The position numbers and the translations under genes were made by a program. The notes beneath the pieces are model-generated. The model did no database searches. It saw only the letters and a program-made list of their open reading frames with translations, and had not been told where the DNA came from. DNA of 64,000 nucleotides from Vicugna vicugna (taxonomy: Eukaryota), in contig MU058221.1 of the NCBI GenBank assembly GCA_013265495.1, positions 3,038,001 to 3,102,000 on the forward strand, written 5' to 3'. Numbering within the stretch: the stretch's first letter is position 1; every line of letters begins with the position of its first letter. Below are positions 52,251-64,000 of this stretch, in pieces.

Positions 52251-54784
52251 GGTTCCTACGGAAAGTCGAATGTGTTCAGTTCTTTCATCTTTCCCTTCCA
52301 TAGAATTTACTGATGTTGATCTAAGCCATGTGACTTTATTGGCCAACTCCATGTTGCCCAGGTGACTCAAGGACAGTCTATATTTTAGTTTGCCTTCCTG
52401 TGTTTCTGCGATGTGTTGTGAGAATACGACCCAGTTAGCTGCTGGTCCAAGGAAAATAAAGAAACACATAAAGCTTCTCTGAGGCCAGTCTGAAGTCTGG
52501 AACCAAGCTCGGTGACGCCACAGCCCAACGAAGGTCTTGTGAGCAAGAAAAGGAGCATTTATTGCTGGAAGACACTGGCATTTTAAAGATGTTTCTTTTG
52601 CAGTTTTATTGCAGCAGAAGCTGATTAATTTTTTCCTTTCTTCCTTTCAAATCGTACCGATTCCCACCATGTTCAATTGTACCTGAAACATAACTATTTC
52701 ATATGGTTTAAAGAACTCTCTGGTTCTCCTGGACTGGGACAGTACTTGATATTAACTGTCAATAAACTCGGATTTGGTAACAGGGACCACGTGGCTAGCA
52801 CTGTGGTAGATTCTCTTTGAAGGGAAGAAAAAAAAAAAGACACACAGAGGAAGCTTGATAAATTTAGGATCTCTCACTGGAAACATTCCCCAGTCCTTCC
52901 TGAGGGCCTGTTTCTCAGACGTGCTCCAAAATCCTAGTTCGGAGGTAACCGGAGGAGGTAGGGCAAGTTTCGTGGACGATGCTGGCACTGAGTTGGACGT
53001 GAAGGAAGGGCGTGTCGACAACGTCACCTGAATTCTGAGTCACTTTAGCCCTACAGACGCGGGCGATGGAAAGCATGGGGCCATTACTCACTGCGTAACT
53101 CTAGCTTTTCTCTGAGCCTCTCTGCCAGCCCCAGGGCCAGAGTCTCCTGACGGCAAACCCATCTTCCTACCTAATGGGACCTGAGGGAAAGGGGTTTGAC
53201 GAGACAACCTTCAGGGTTTGATCAAAATTATCTTCTGACCATTGTTTTTGTCTTTAATGAGCTTACGTGTCACTTTCCACTGACAGCTGAAAGGGGAAGA
53301 GAAAAGCAAAGTCCACTGATTTACTGTTTTATTACATTTCTGACGGGAAGAAGAGGAGAGCCACGGCCTTACCTGTAAAATCACCCATCTTTCACCTCCG
53401 AAGTGTTCAGATTTGAACGGGTGAGCCACTTCCCCTGTCAGACTCCGTGACCGCAGACACAGGGCCTCTGGCGGGAGATGGGAGGGAATTCTGAGCAGAT
53501 GCAGCAAAGGTGTCCTCTCCCCCAACCTTCGGACTCTTCCCAAAGAAGGAAGGATGGAAAAAAGGAAGAGGAATGACGAGACGGAGGGAGGAAGGTGGAG
53601 TGAAGAGAAGAGGACCATCCATCTCTTGAGCATTAGTGTAAGCCAAGCACGCATGTAGATACTTCGTGCTACACGAGGAATACGTGACACTCTACTGAGT
53701 TGACTGTACGTCTTGTCCCTGAAAACTCTACGTTAAAGTCCATTTTACAGATGGTGGTGAGTTGAAATAAATCGCTTAATATCTTACCGCTAATGATAAA
53801 CTGTTTTTAATGATGCATGAAATAATTAAATAACAGCATGAGTTCAGAAATAATCATCATCTCTTTTAAACCTGATAGCAGCCCTGCGAAGATATTTCAT
53901 TGTTATCCAGTTCTGGAGGAAACAGGCTTATGAATGCTTAACAACAGGGCTAAAAAAGTTTTTTTTTAATCACACAGCTTAAAAACGGCAGAGCCTGGCT
54001 GTCTAACCAGGGAGCCCCTGCATTTCCACTTCTAATTAGCGGACCTCGTTATATGTAATGAGATTATAAAGGCAAAGTTCACTTGTTTTCCAAACATGCT
54101 TTGGAAGAGAAGTGGGGATGGTGATTATGACAGACCTCGAGCAGGGCGGTTTCTGGGCTGGTTCATGCATTTTGTCTAATTTAAAGAATTTCCAAGGTTT
54201 TTTTTTTAATCCCCCCCTGCTTGTTACAAAGTAAAATCTCTCTTTCCCACCTCTCAACTAACCACTAATTGCATTTCTCCTATTTAGCAGAGACGCATTT
54301 CTGTCAGCTAAACCAGTGTCCCCGCTCTACTCAAGAAGCAAGCTTTCAGCGGCAATTAGCAATAACCGCTGTGGTTTGTCCACCTCCCTAAGTCTGACTC
54401 CCAGCAGCAGCAGCCCGTCAGCCCATGAAGACAAGGATGTGGGGGGAAATACGTATCTTCTGAAAATCAAACATCACTGAATGTAGGATCCAGTCATCTT
54501 TACGAAGTCCGTCTCTGGGCAAAGCAGAATGGGTGATGCATAAACACACACACACACAAAAGTGGACTACAAGGGTGTTTTCTTCAGACAAGTGTGAAAC
54601 ATGAGAGGAATGAAGTAAGGAGGGCAAGGGAGCCACTATAATCTGTGATCTGAGACGTGAGCCCAAAGGATTCTGCAGGTTTTACCCAACTTAAAAGTCC
54701 AAGACTGAATACATTCCTTTGGGTTCTCAGTTCACGAAGAGACCCTGTTACATTGCAAATTCTCTTTGAAGTGTTGAGATGTAG

Positions 54785-54786
<2 letters not shown>

Positions 54787-54820
<34 letters not shown>
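54787..54820. repeat. (TG)17 microsatellite
   Basis: Directly visible. Confidence 0.95.
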
Positions 54821-54821
<1 letters not shown>

Positions 54822-57105
54822 CGGGGGAGACGGCTCAGACGCGCTGGGCTTCGCTAGGTTCCTCCCTGTGCTGTCTGGCTGTAGAGAGCTTCAGCAGCTG
54901 CCTTGGGATTCATCTAAACCTGCTTCTGTCTGACTGCAGCAGGGTTATGATGTGCTAGAGTGTAATAAGAAAAAAAAAGTCATTCAAAGACTCAGGTTTG
55001 CAAGAACTGGCCGAAAACATATGAAACAAACTAAGTCAACAAGAAATGAAGACAAACATTTCACGCACCCTATCAAAGTATTACGCTGACGCTCCTTCAC
55101 GTCATCCGTAAACACAGACGCGCACGGTCTGCCCACTTGGAGTTCAGCCTCCTCTTGGCTGTAACCACAGGCGTTAGCATTCAATCATCAGGCAGAATGA
55201 ATAGGTACCTCCATGGTCAGCAAGAGGCCTTCTTGCTCTAAAATCCTGCCTTCCCTCCCTTCTTACGCCGTCACTACTCAGGGTAGCAGGTCACCAGAAA
55301 AGACATGGACGTGGCCTCCTGGAAACTAAGCCCTCGCCGCAGCCCTCTCCTGCTGGAAGGTGGTCACGGCTTAGCGTAATTTGACCGCAGAATTAGGCAG
55401 CTCATCTCATGGCCCAGAGCAAATGAAAAACAGGACCGGAGGTGAGGGCCGCGATCAGGAAGCTGCCTGCGGCTTTGAGCCGAGGCTTACGGAAAGGGAC
55501 ACTGAGAGGTGACCGCGGACACGGCTCAAAACAAGAACTCCTATGAAGAGTCAGTCCGAGGGACCTACATTCCAAGGTTTTGTTTGCACTCAGACATCAG
55601 ACAAGGGCTGCTGCCCTTTCTGACATCGATGTCAGGTATTAGAAGTGCCACTGTCTCCCCACCCCACTGTGATGCTCCCTAGCAACACAGTAGGAATCTT
55701 CGAAACGTCAGCACAATCCCCCTGCTGGGGTAAAGCTTCTCCATGTTGAATGCCCCCAAACTCCGGTGGCCAACTGCAGTCCGTTGTTCAGGGATCTGGT
55801 TTCCTGCCGCACCACCTTTGCTGTCCTTGACTCCAGTCGTAACCTCAAATACAACATCACGTTCTCTTCCCCACGACACTCATCTTATCAGTGACCTTCC
55901 CCTAAAGGCTCCTGCGGCCAGTCCTGTCTGGACGTCCATGGACCTGCTCAGACGTCCCTGGTATTTCCAGGCTCTAAGGCGTGAGGATGGGTGATTCTGG
56001 GAGCAGGCTCCCCCAGCCAGAGGGGGAAACCTGTTCCTGTGAGGTCAGCAAGGACCTTCGTTTTCATGCTGCCTTTGGCCATTCTATTGGATTATTCTCC
56101 AGCAGAAGAATGTTTTGAATAATAGTGTCTGCAGCCTGAGATTTGGGGCTGCTGGACTTAAGGGGAGAGAGGGAGCGTGTGTGCAGGGAATATAATCAAA
56201 ATGAGTTTACACTGAAGCGTGCTTCCTCTTCGCCTTGCAATTACCTCAAAAACAAGTTTCCACCGAGGGGTCCCCAAACGCCCCCTCGGAGGACACAGCG
56301 ACGCAGACGGGAAGCACAGATACTACGTGTGCAGGGAAAGAATCACCTGCTCGAGGCTGTCTCTCTCGTCCTAATTAAGAGAAGATGTTGGAGCTGAGCA
56401 GGGAAACGCAGACTGTTACAGCGGGATCCGGCTCCCGTGATCAAAGGCGTCCTCTTGGGGGAAGCCCTAGTCACGTCTAAGCCAAAGGTTACTGGCTGGA
56501 AAAAGTGAAGCACAGTGACTTCTCGGGAAGAGCAGCCTGCGTGGGGCAGACAGCAGCTGACTCCAGGACAAAAGCGGAAACGAGGCTGTGTGGTCAAGGA
56601 GTGTCCCGGCGTGCAACAGGCACCAGGACCACAGCTGGACCATGACGTCAGAGATCTGGGGACCAGTCCTGGTTCCTTTCCGTGTCACGAGGGGGATCAC
56701 GGTTACACGGACTAGCGTCTGCCCAACACACCTGACTAATGTCTGGTGCACCTGATGCGCAAGGTAATACGTGCTGTTCGCCAAGCCTCCTTCGTGGGGT
56801 GGCGGTTAGTGTCTGCAATCCGCCTTCAAGAGGGGTTGGGTTAAAGTCCTGGTTATTCGCGCTCTTACCAGATCAGCCTTCAGCACAGGGTTAGCACTTC
56901 CCTGAGAAGAGGTTTTAAACGTGCTACACTGGCTGTTCTCCGCTTGTCTCCCTGCTCCAACCCAGGTCCACCCCCCGTATTCCCTGGGAGGCTGGGACTG
57001 CGTCGCCCTTGTCCTCTGCTTTGAGACAGGCTGGGCGCACAGGCAGCAGACTGTAAGCCAGGAGGGAAGGCACTTCTCGGTATTTATTTTATTCCCTGGT
57101 TTCTT

Positions 57106-57276
57106 TTTTTTAAAAATATATTTTAATTTATTATTGTATCATTTTATTTTTTATTTTATCTTTGTGGGGGAGGTAATTAGGTGTGTTTAATTTTTGGAGG
57201 AGGTACTGGGGACTGAACCCAGGACCTCATGCGTGCTAAGCACGTGCTCTACCGCTTGAGCTACAATCTGCCCCCC
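57106..57276 (-). mobile_element. tRNA-derived camelid SINE (Vic-1-like)
   Basis: Reverse SINE body with a perfect 15-bp TSD ATTCCCTGGTTTCTT at 57091 and 57277. Confidence 0.92.
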
Positions 57277-58449
57277 ATTCCCTGGTTTCTTGCCTCAGCT
57301 CTGTGGTTCCGCCAGTGGCTAGGTTTCAAGTCTTACGAGTGTGAATTTTGCTCTTGCTGTAACTCTGGCTTTCTTTGTTCCCCTGGGGATGGGGGGACCT
57401 GTGGTCACATGAGGATGCCGGGGAAGTCAAAGCAGCGGAAACCACTGACCTCTGCATAAGCCCTGTGTGCACCAGCCTTGTGGCTTTCCCCCGGCAGCCC
57501 TGCTTCCAGCCTCACACGAAGTCTTCAACGCTGACATGGTGTCTGTGGGTTCACTCTCCAGGTCTCTGTCAAACCGCAACTCAGAAAAGTGCAGCCAATT
57601 AAACTTTTGGCTTGACTTCATTTGTCGAAATAGCTTCTGTAAATCACAAGGGAGCAGAGATTACCCATTCATTCATTTATGCATCCATTTGTTTGTTCAG
57701 AAATTCACTCAGTGAGCTTTCAGGATATGCCTTTCTGCCAGTCTTCCGACTGGTGGGGAGCAGAAGGTGCACCCCACTGGTGCAGTAAAGAGAGTTTAAC
57801 AAAAGCCCTTATTACCACCGGCCTAAAGGTGCAAGAAGAGGGATCGCTGGTGCTGTGGGGTCAGCTGATCAGGAAGGAGCTGCCGTTACAGAAGATTCTA
57901 GGAGCTGCTCAAATAGTGGTTGCCGGGAACGGGGAGAGAGGGAGAAACAGCTTCTGTCTTTCTTCCTTTCCTCTCTCAAATTTTTAGAGGGTGCCTCCTT
58001 TGGATTAAACCCAGTATTGAGCCATGAGGCTAAGTCGTCTGGGTGAGTCAGTTTGTAGGGGTCAGCCTCTTCGCGGGGAAAACGAGGGGAGGAAGAGTCG
58101 CTCTGGGTGCCTGACAAATGACAGAAAACTGCCTTCCGAATGATGTAGAAGAGGAATATTTAACTCCTGATGTGGAAGATAATGAGTCTTGCTCACAAGA
58201 AGCTCAAAATATAAAGGCATAGATTCCAGAGGCATAAACCTGTCAGGTATTTAATGATGTTGACCCCACTAGTCAGAATTATCCCCTTGGGAAATTAGGA
58301 CTGTCCTCTATACCAGTAAATTCTTGTTTAGACCTGATCTAAAGACACATTGACGGCAACATGGCTTCCTCCACGATTAGTTTGGACAGAGAGGATTGTG
58401 CACGAGCTGATCATGTGCCTGCGACCCCCTCTCCCTGACCTGGCCCTTA

Positions 58450-61020
58450 AATACGCTGTAGATTGGCAAACATAAATATCAGTAATAACTTCCCAAAACA
58501 TGCGCTTTTTATAGAAAATCTCTCAGCGTGGCACCAAATATATTTAATGATAGTTCTAAACATCTTTGGTTTCTCTATAAAGGGAAGCCAGTGTTCAGTA
58601 AATAATGTTCCCGTGTCTTACTTTGTTTGGGAATGGCCCAGCTACTCCACAGACTTCCATCATTTAACACATTTAGCACAACTTTAGAATTTCAAGTTAC
58701 CAAATGTCTGGAGAGATCGCCTTTAAACGGACATGCCCCAAACAGAATTATTTCCAAAGAGTTCGTTCAAAAGCTTTTATAGTTACTTGCATTTAGTTGA
58801 CTTAAAAGAATTGTGTCAGATCAAGTGATCTTTGGACTTTGTTGTTGTCCTAACAAACTCCGCAACGGAAACATGAACCGACTGGCCTTCAGGAAACCTG
58901 CGTACGGTAAAAGAGGTGTGTGTTGACTGTACCACCAAGCTTAAGCTGGCTTTAATGTCAGATATTAATTTAATATTGAATATTTCCTAGATCACATGAG
59001 CCTGCAATTTGTTGCCTAGCTTCCTTCATACTTAGATGTATTTAATCTGTGCTTACTTTTAAGTCCCTTAAATAGAGCTCTTTTACGTATTAATTTTTAC
59101 TTAAAGATGGACAGAACCAGAGATCTCACAGTTTTTCTGCCAGGGTTTAAAAAAAAAATAACTTTTTCCTTGAGAGCACACGTACATTATTTACATCTCA
59201 AAGGCACAGGAGCAGAAACGCAAAGTCCTCATCTAAGGGTTTATACAAAACCCAACCATCTTGGCTGTTTTCAGGGACTTTTTTTTTTTTTTTTCAGTTC
59301 CTAAATATCCACATCAGTTTAAAGAAATAACAGTAACAGATAATAATATATACATATATATCCTTGGGTCACATTCACATGTCTCACTTTCAGCAAAACT
59401 AGGAGGGGAGAATAGGACTGGGGTTCAGGTATCAAGACATTCATGCACCCAAGATAAAAGCCAGATTGCAAAAGGCCCACTCTGATGTAACAACGGAGCC
59501 ATCACGGCCACCGCTCTCCGGATCTCAGGGAGCACAGAGGTCACACAGTGTTGTCATTTTTTTTTTCATTTATGGGAGCATAGCTGAAGATCTCCCAGGT
59601 TTGCAAAACATACTCTAGGAGGGCTACATACAAGATGGAACAGACCTCTGATCATCCGCACTTAATTATCCATGGCCTATGTTATCAAATATCAAGCAAA
59701 CAACAATTCAAAATGATCTCTCAGGGTCACGGTGCCCTAGTCCCAAAAGGGAGCTTTCTTAATCAATGCCCATCAGTCCAAACGGGGAGAACCCCAACCA
59801 ATGCCCCACCAGAGATAGAGCCGAATAAAGACCAAGGCTAGAGACAGAAAATCCCCACCACACGCGAGGCCACCGCAACAGGGAAGGACACCCTGGCGCC
59901 GCCACACGCGAGCCCCGGGCCTCAAAGCCATCTCAGCTGGCCAGCGCCAAGCTCTGACACACACGTACGGACAACAAACGTGGCCCCGCAAACAAAAGGG
60001 CAGACAAGCTGCAGCCCCCTAGAACTCAGCACCGGGCAAGGGGCACAGGAAAGGGAGGGAACAGTCCGGAAGGTAACAGTACACCTGCACTCAAGATAAG
60101 GGGCTTCAAAGGGTTTTACTTTCTCTAAATCGGCGCCAACCGAGAAGCAAAGGACACAAACATGCCTGAGCGCTCAAGGGACGTGAGCTGTCAGGCAGTC
60201 ACATGACCGCCCCGGGCCGGGCTGCCAGCAGGAGACACAGAGGCGCAGCAGCGTTTTTCTCCCTTGGGTCAGCCTGCCTTCAGTTCTCCAAAGTGTACTT
60301 CATTTTACCAACTTTTACTCTACTTATAAAACCCTTTATTTACATAATGTCAGTCTCCTATTTGAATTCTTTCTTTTGGGTAACAAGAACTGCGGGGCTT
60401 TCCCCCTCCTCGTGGTAACAATTCCATTTCCACTCCCAGGCAGAGGCCTCCAAACAGACCGGCCCAGCTCTCAAAAGAGAATAGACCCAGAGCGGCTCCC
60501 AGTCAGCCCAGAATGGCGCCCTCCTTGCAAGGGAAGTGGGCCCAGATGGAACGGGTTGAATTTTCCGTCCTGCGCGAGCCGCAGGGGCTCACCCTAAAAC
60601 CACACACACAAAAACACAAACAAATGAGCTACAGCTGCACAATCAGACAAGGTGTAGCCTAAAATTCTCCCTCCACTCCCAAACGGAGGCCTCCAAACAG
60701 AAGGGTGCAGCTCCGGAAATAGGAGGGACCCAGAAGGGCTCGCAGTGAGCCCAGAGTGGCGCTGGGAGTGCGCCCAGATGGAGTGGAAAGAACTCCCAGC
60801 CTGTGTGAGCTGGAGTGACTCACCCCGTGTGACACTGAATGTGGACCGCAGCTTCGGAGGACCCTCGGCTGCAAACAGCCTCCTGCGGTGGGGCGGCGGG
60901 CACCTGTCCCGGGGAGTTCCTCCAGGCTCCCCGGAGCGAGGTGAGGTCCGGTGGCTGCTGGGCCGCGGCCGGGGTCCGCCTGCCACGGGCACAAACTCCT
61001 GCGCTGGCTTCCTCCAAACT
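58450..61020 (-). mobile_element. MER4/MER41-group ERV internal remnant (PBS and leader, no ORF)
   Basis: On the - strand the LTR end is followed by TTTGGAGGAAGCCAGCGC (PBS-like, about 60999-61016). A GC-rich leader with degenerate direct repeats follows, then AT-rich MER4-int-like sequence. Left boundary uncertain. Confidence 0.5.
60130..60420 (+). mobile_element. Short LTR-like insertion within the ERV leader
   Basis: The 3' end ttgaattctttc...acaagaac...GGTAACA parallels the family A 3' end. 5' boundary and TSD unclear. Confidence 0.45.
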
Positions 61021-61385
61021 GGTTACTGCAGGCGAGTTCCTGCGCCCCATGCACCGCGAGGCCAAACGAGCTGAAACGTCAGAGTGCGGAGCAGAGAAAG
61101 GCTCGCGGCAGGGCCGGGCAAGGGGGACGGGGCGGCTCGTGCCCAAGAAAACCCCCAGCTCCCTGGAGGGTTTCAGCAAAGCGCGTTTAAAGTGCAGGTG
61201 AGGGACGAGGCTCACAGGTACGGGGTCAGCTGGCGCACAACCTCGGACTGGTTGACGCTGAGGGCAAGGGCGGTCAACACCCTCGACCGCCCAGCCGCCA
61301 GAAGGCCTGGCGGCCATGGGCTCTCCATCATCAAGCAGCTCATCTCTTCCTTCTGGTGACGGTTTTCAGCATCTGAAAAATGCAG
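61021..61385 (-). mobile_element. MER41-like cetartiodactyl LTR (partial, GC-shifted)
   Basis: Collinear with the recalled consensus: gaggccaaac...ctgaaacgtc-gagt--ggagcagagaaagg...agggtttcagcaaagc...tcagct-g-gcacaa...ggttga...gccagaagg-ctgg...tcatcaag-ag...agcatctgaaaaa. Confidence 0.65.
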
Positions 61386-61491
61386 CGTAAGGAAGATGCA
61401 GTGGCTCAGGCCTCCTCGGCCGCCTGGTGACTCAGCAGTGTTACCCCGCATGCGCGGAACCCCGTGTTGCTACGTAACGCGGACGTCCGCC

Positions 61492-61583
61492 GCGCACGCG
61501 CCGTGGGGTGGCGCACGCGCCGTGGGGTGGCGCACGCGCCGTGGGGTGGCGCACGCGCCGTGGGGTGGCGCACGCGCCGTGGG
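61492..61583. repeat. 19-bp minisatellite (GCGCACGCGCCGTGGGGTG) x4.8
   Basis: Identical units start at 61492, 61511, 61530 and 61549, with a partial unit at 61568. Confidence 0.95.
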
Positions 61584-62415
61584 CCCCCGCGGTTCACGCG
61601 GCGGCGGGTGCCGGCTTGGCTTGCGTCGCCGTGTGAGGCGGCAGGACTCCCCGCTGCTGCCACCGCGGAAGCCTGTGCGCGCCGCTCCGCAGTCACGGCA
61701 CGAGAGAGGCGCCCGCCTCCGTGGCTGCCCTTCGCGTGAGCCCGCCAGGCCTCCAGCGGATCCAGCGCCCGCAGTGCACCCAGGACAGACGCGCGAGACG
61801 CTGTCTCCCGGGTGCCGGCGCCGAGCCGCCGCAGAGGGAGGCCCCACGGCGCCCGGCTCCGGACAGAAGGCCTCTCACCCGGCGGAGCCTGCCGGGAGCT
61901 CAGTTCTCGGGCGCCCGCTCAGGGCCAGTCGCCGGCACCAGCCTCTCCTGGGACGGCGCAGGGGTTGCGCAAGCCCTGCTGAGCTGACCCCTTCTCGCCC
62001 GCCTCCGATCTTCTGCCTCCGCTCTCAGTGTGAGCAGCATTTCGGGAAAAATAACACAAGTAGCAGGCGTCTCTACCTCCTCCGACTTGAAGCCAGCCAC
62101 CCGCAGATCACGAGGCTGATCACGCTGTCCCTTGTGGCCCCAGCTCCTCCTTGTAATTTTTTCCCTTAGCTTCAGCCCCTCATTACAAGTTCTCATCATC
62201 TTTCCTGTTCTCTCCCCTTCCGTCACCAAACCTCGTTTTCAGAAAAGCACGCAGATGGCCACCCACTGCTCACGGTGAGATGAAATCCCCACTCCGCTTC
62301 TCTCGTAGGGAGTTCACACCTCCATGTCCAGCTCGCTCTGTCCAGCGGGGTTCGGCCCCAGATAAATGGAGAAGGAAACACCTGGAAAGTCATCACGTTG
62401 TGATGACAGTAGTCC

Positions 62416-63061
62416 TGTCACTGGTGGATGTAACCAGTGTCCAGGTTCTCGTCCCGCCCAGAAAGAACTCAGAGGCAAGACACGGTGGCTAAAAGTAAAG
62501 TGAGGATTTATTAAGGGATGGACAGGACACTGTCAAGGGGAGAGCGGACAGGCTCAGGGGAGTGGCTGCCCTGAGTTTCTTTGGCAAGTTGGTCACATAG
62601 AATGTAAAAATGAATGGGCAGAATATTCACTGGGGAGGGAAGGGTTTGGGGTCACATTCCCTGATTTTCATCCCAGCGCCACCTCCTCAAAGGGAGGGGG
62701 GATTTTTGTCCTTATTTAGTCTGGATTGGAAGTGTCCTGGCGTTGGTGCATGATGGGTACTTCTGATCTGCAAGGCTAATTTTATTGAAATGAGGGCAGA
62801 ATGAGCAAAAGGTCACATTCAGACCCTGGAGATTCCTGCCTTTTCTCATCTTTCTTTGTTGGTCTCCAGGCCACTCATCACCCCAAAAGGTGTGACCACT
62901 TATCAGCCCAGAGGTTCCTGGTTTTTCTCCTCTGCCCAGGGACCCCTGGTGCTCACATGATGTGTGCATTTCGCCTGTGCCCCTCCTTTCTGCCCAGGTC
63001 CTGCCATTTGGCCTGCGCCCCGCTTTCTCGGCTCACACCTAGCTCTCTGCCTGCTCTGACA
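62416..63061 (-). mobile_element. ERV1-type solo LTR, family C
   Basis: TG...CA termini with a perfect 4-bp TSD GTCC (62412-62415 and 63062-63065). TTTATT near 62507 is AATAAA on the - strand. Confidence 0.85.
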
Positions 63062-63924
63062 GTCCCAGCCCTCCGCCTTCACTGTCTCCTCTTCCACCTT
63101 GGGAACCTTACTTGACACTATCCCTACACTGGCAACTTTGACTCCAAAAGACTTGATGACTTGAATTGATGATTATCAATTCACTGCTAGTCATGTGATA
63201 ATTAAACTGAGCTTAAGAGTTCAAAATGATATTCCTGATCTATTTTTTGGCTACAATGTCTCTCTTTCCCCTTCTCTGTTAAAAACATAGTTCCTCAAAT
63301 AATAACTTGAAGGAAGAATGGTGAGGCCCACTCTGTATGCATAAGTAATGCAGGACCGCTCGCCACTCATGGATCAGTAGTTCTCAGATATTCACCTTTA
63401 ACTGACAGACTTTTATTTCTTTTTGAAATAAAAACATCAGCAAGGGAACAGACTTCATAGATTTCACATTTTGCTCTTTCCTCTCTCCCTGGCTGAATTT
63501 CCACTGAGAAAAGTCGTCAAGACCCCCAAAGTGACATGATTGCAAGTGGGATGGAAAATCACACATGAAATTTTGAGAGTCAGCTTCCTATTATGTCTTC
63601 CCTTTCTCCCTACAAAGTCTCTGGGAAACACACACACACACACACACATACAAAACCATTTGTAATTTGGAGATAAGCAGCTGTGTTTGGGACAATGTAA
63701 TTACTAAAACACTCTCCACTGTGAGCAAAGAAATGTGGCTGTGACAGTTTGTATCAATCCATGTGTTTATTGGAACGGCTGTGGGCTGCAGTATATGTTT
63801 ATCAATCTGCATATGCAAATCGGGCTGTTGAGCACACCGCGTCATCTGTGTCGGTGGCAGAGGTCTCTTGTCTCTAAAAATAGGAATAGAAACCTAGTTG
63901 TACAAGAATTCATCCTACAGATGA

Positions 63925-64000
63925 ACATAGGCAAAACATTATCTGACGTACATTTCAAAAATTTTCTCCTAGAAGAAATAAAAGCAAGAATAAACAAATG
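63925..64000 (+). mobile_element. L1 ORF2 fragment running off the window edge
   Basis: aacataggcaaaacattatctgac...gaaataaaagcaagaataaacaaatg encodes the L1 'NIGKTLSD...EIKARINKW' region. Confidence 0.75.

Larger units (their letters stand above)
60480..62120. promoter_or_regulatory. CpG island, probable promoter of an unidentified gene
   Basis: Very high GC and CpG density against an AT-rich, CpG-depleted background. NRF1-like motifs at 61447-61456 and in the tandem repeat, AP-1 TGACTCA at 61428-61434, X-box-like site at 61466-61478. Candidate splice donors on both strands (61736 +, 61878 -). Confidence 0.8.

Noticed and set aside
55620..55635. Perfect 16-bp palindrome CTGACATCGATGTCAG
   Set aside because: About one such palindrome is expected by chance in 64 kb (64000/4^8).
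61492..61583. CRISPR-like array
   Set aside because: The units are contiguous with no spacers, the context is eukaryotic and there are no cas genes.
61657..61786. Short matches to telomerase RNA (ctgccaccgcg; gtgcacccaggac)
   Set aside because: No CTAACCCTAAC template, pseudoknot or H/ACA box, and the spacing is wrong. Chance matches in GC-rich DNA.
61396..62169. 257-aa ORF and overlapping ORFs in the CpG island
   Set aside because: Stop-poor GC-rich DNA plus a 19-bp repeat yields Arg/Pro/Gly/Ala-rich frames on both strands, with no recognisable domain.

Overview
Mammalian, repeat-dense, apparently intergenic or intronic DNA. It is very probably camelid (camel, alpaca or llama), judged from a tRNA-derived Vic-1-type SINE family and lineage-type L1 3' ends. 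I could not recognise any protein-coding exon, and the ORF track looks like background noise. Supported content: about eight ERV1-type solo LTRs or LTR fragments (several with 4-bp TSDs), a MER41-like ERV 5' LTR/PBS/leader remnant at 58.4-61.4 kb, young and old L1 fragments, three SINEs, MIR/L2/MLT1/MER20/MER91 relics and two 7SK pseudogenes in opposite orientation. Regulatory signals are CTCF-like sites at 35.6 and 36.7 kb and a CpG-island promoter at about 60.5-62.1 kb carrying a 19-bp tandem repeat of NRF1+KLF motifs. A 372-bp tandem duplication at 44.5-45.3 kb looks like an assembly artefact. No convincing new multi-gene system was found. The most interesting region is the LTR-flanked CpG island with its tandem repeat. 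Repeat family names are recalled from memory and need a Dfam/RepeatMasker check.
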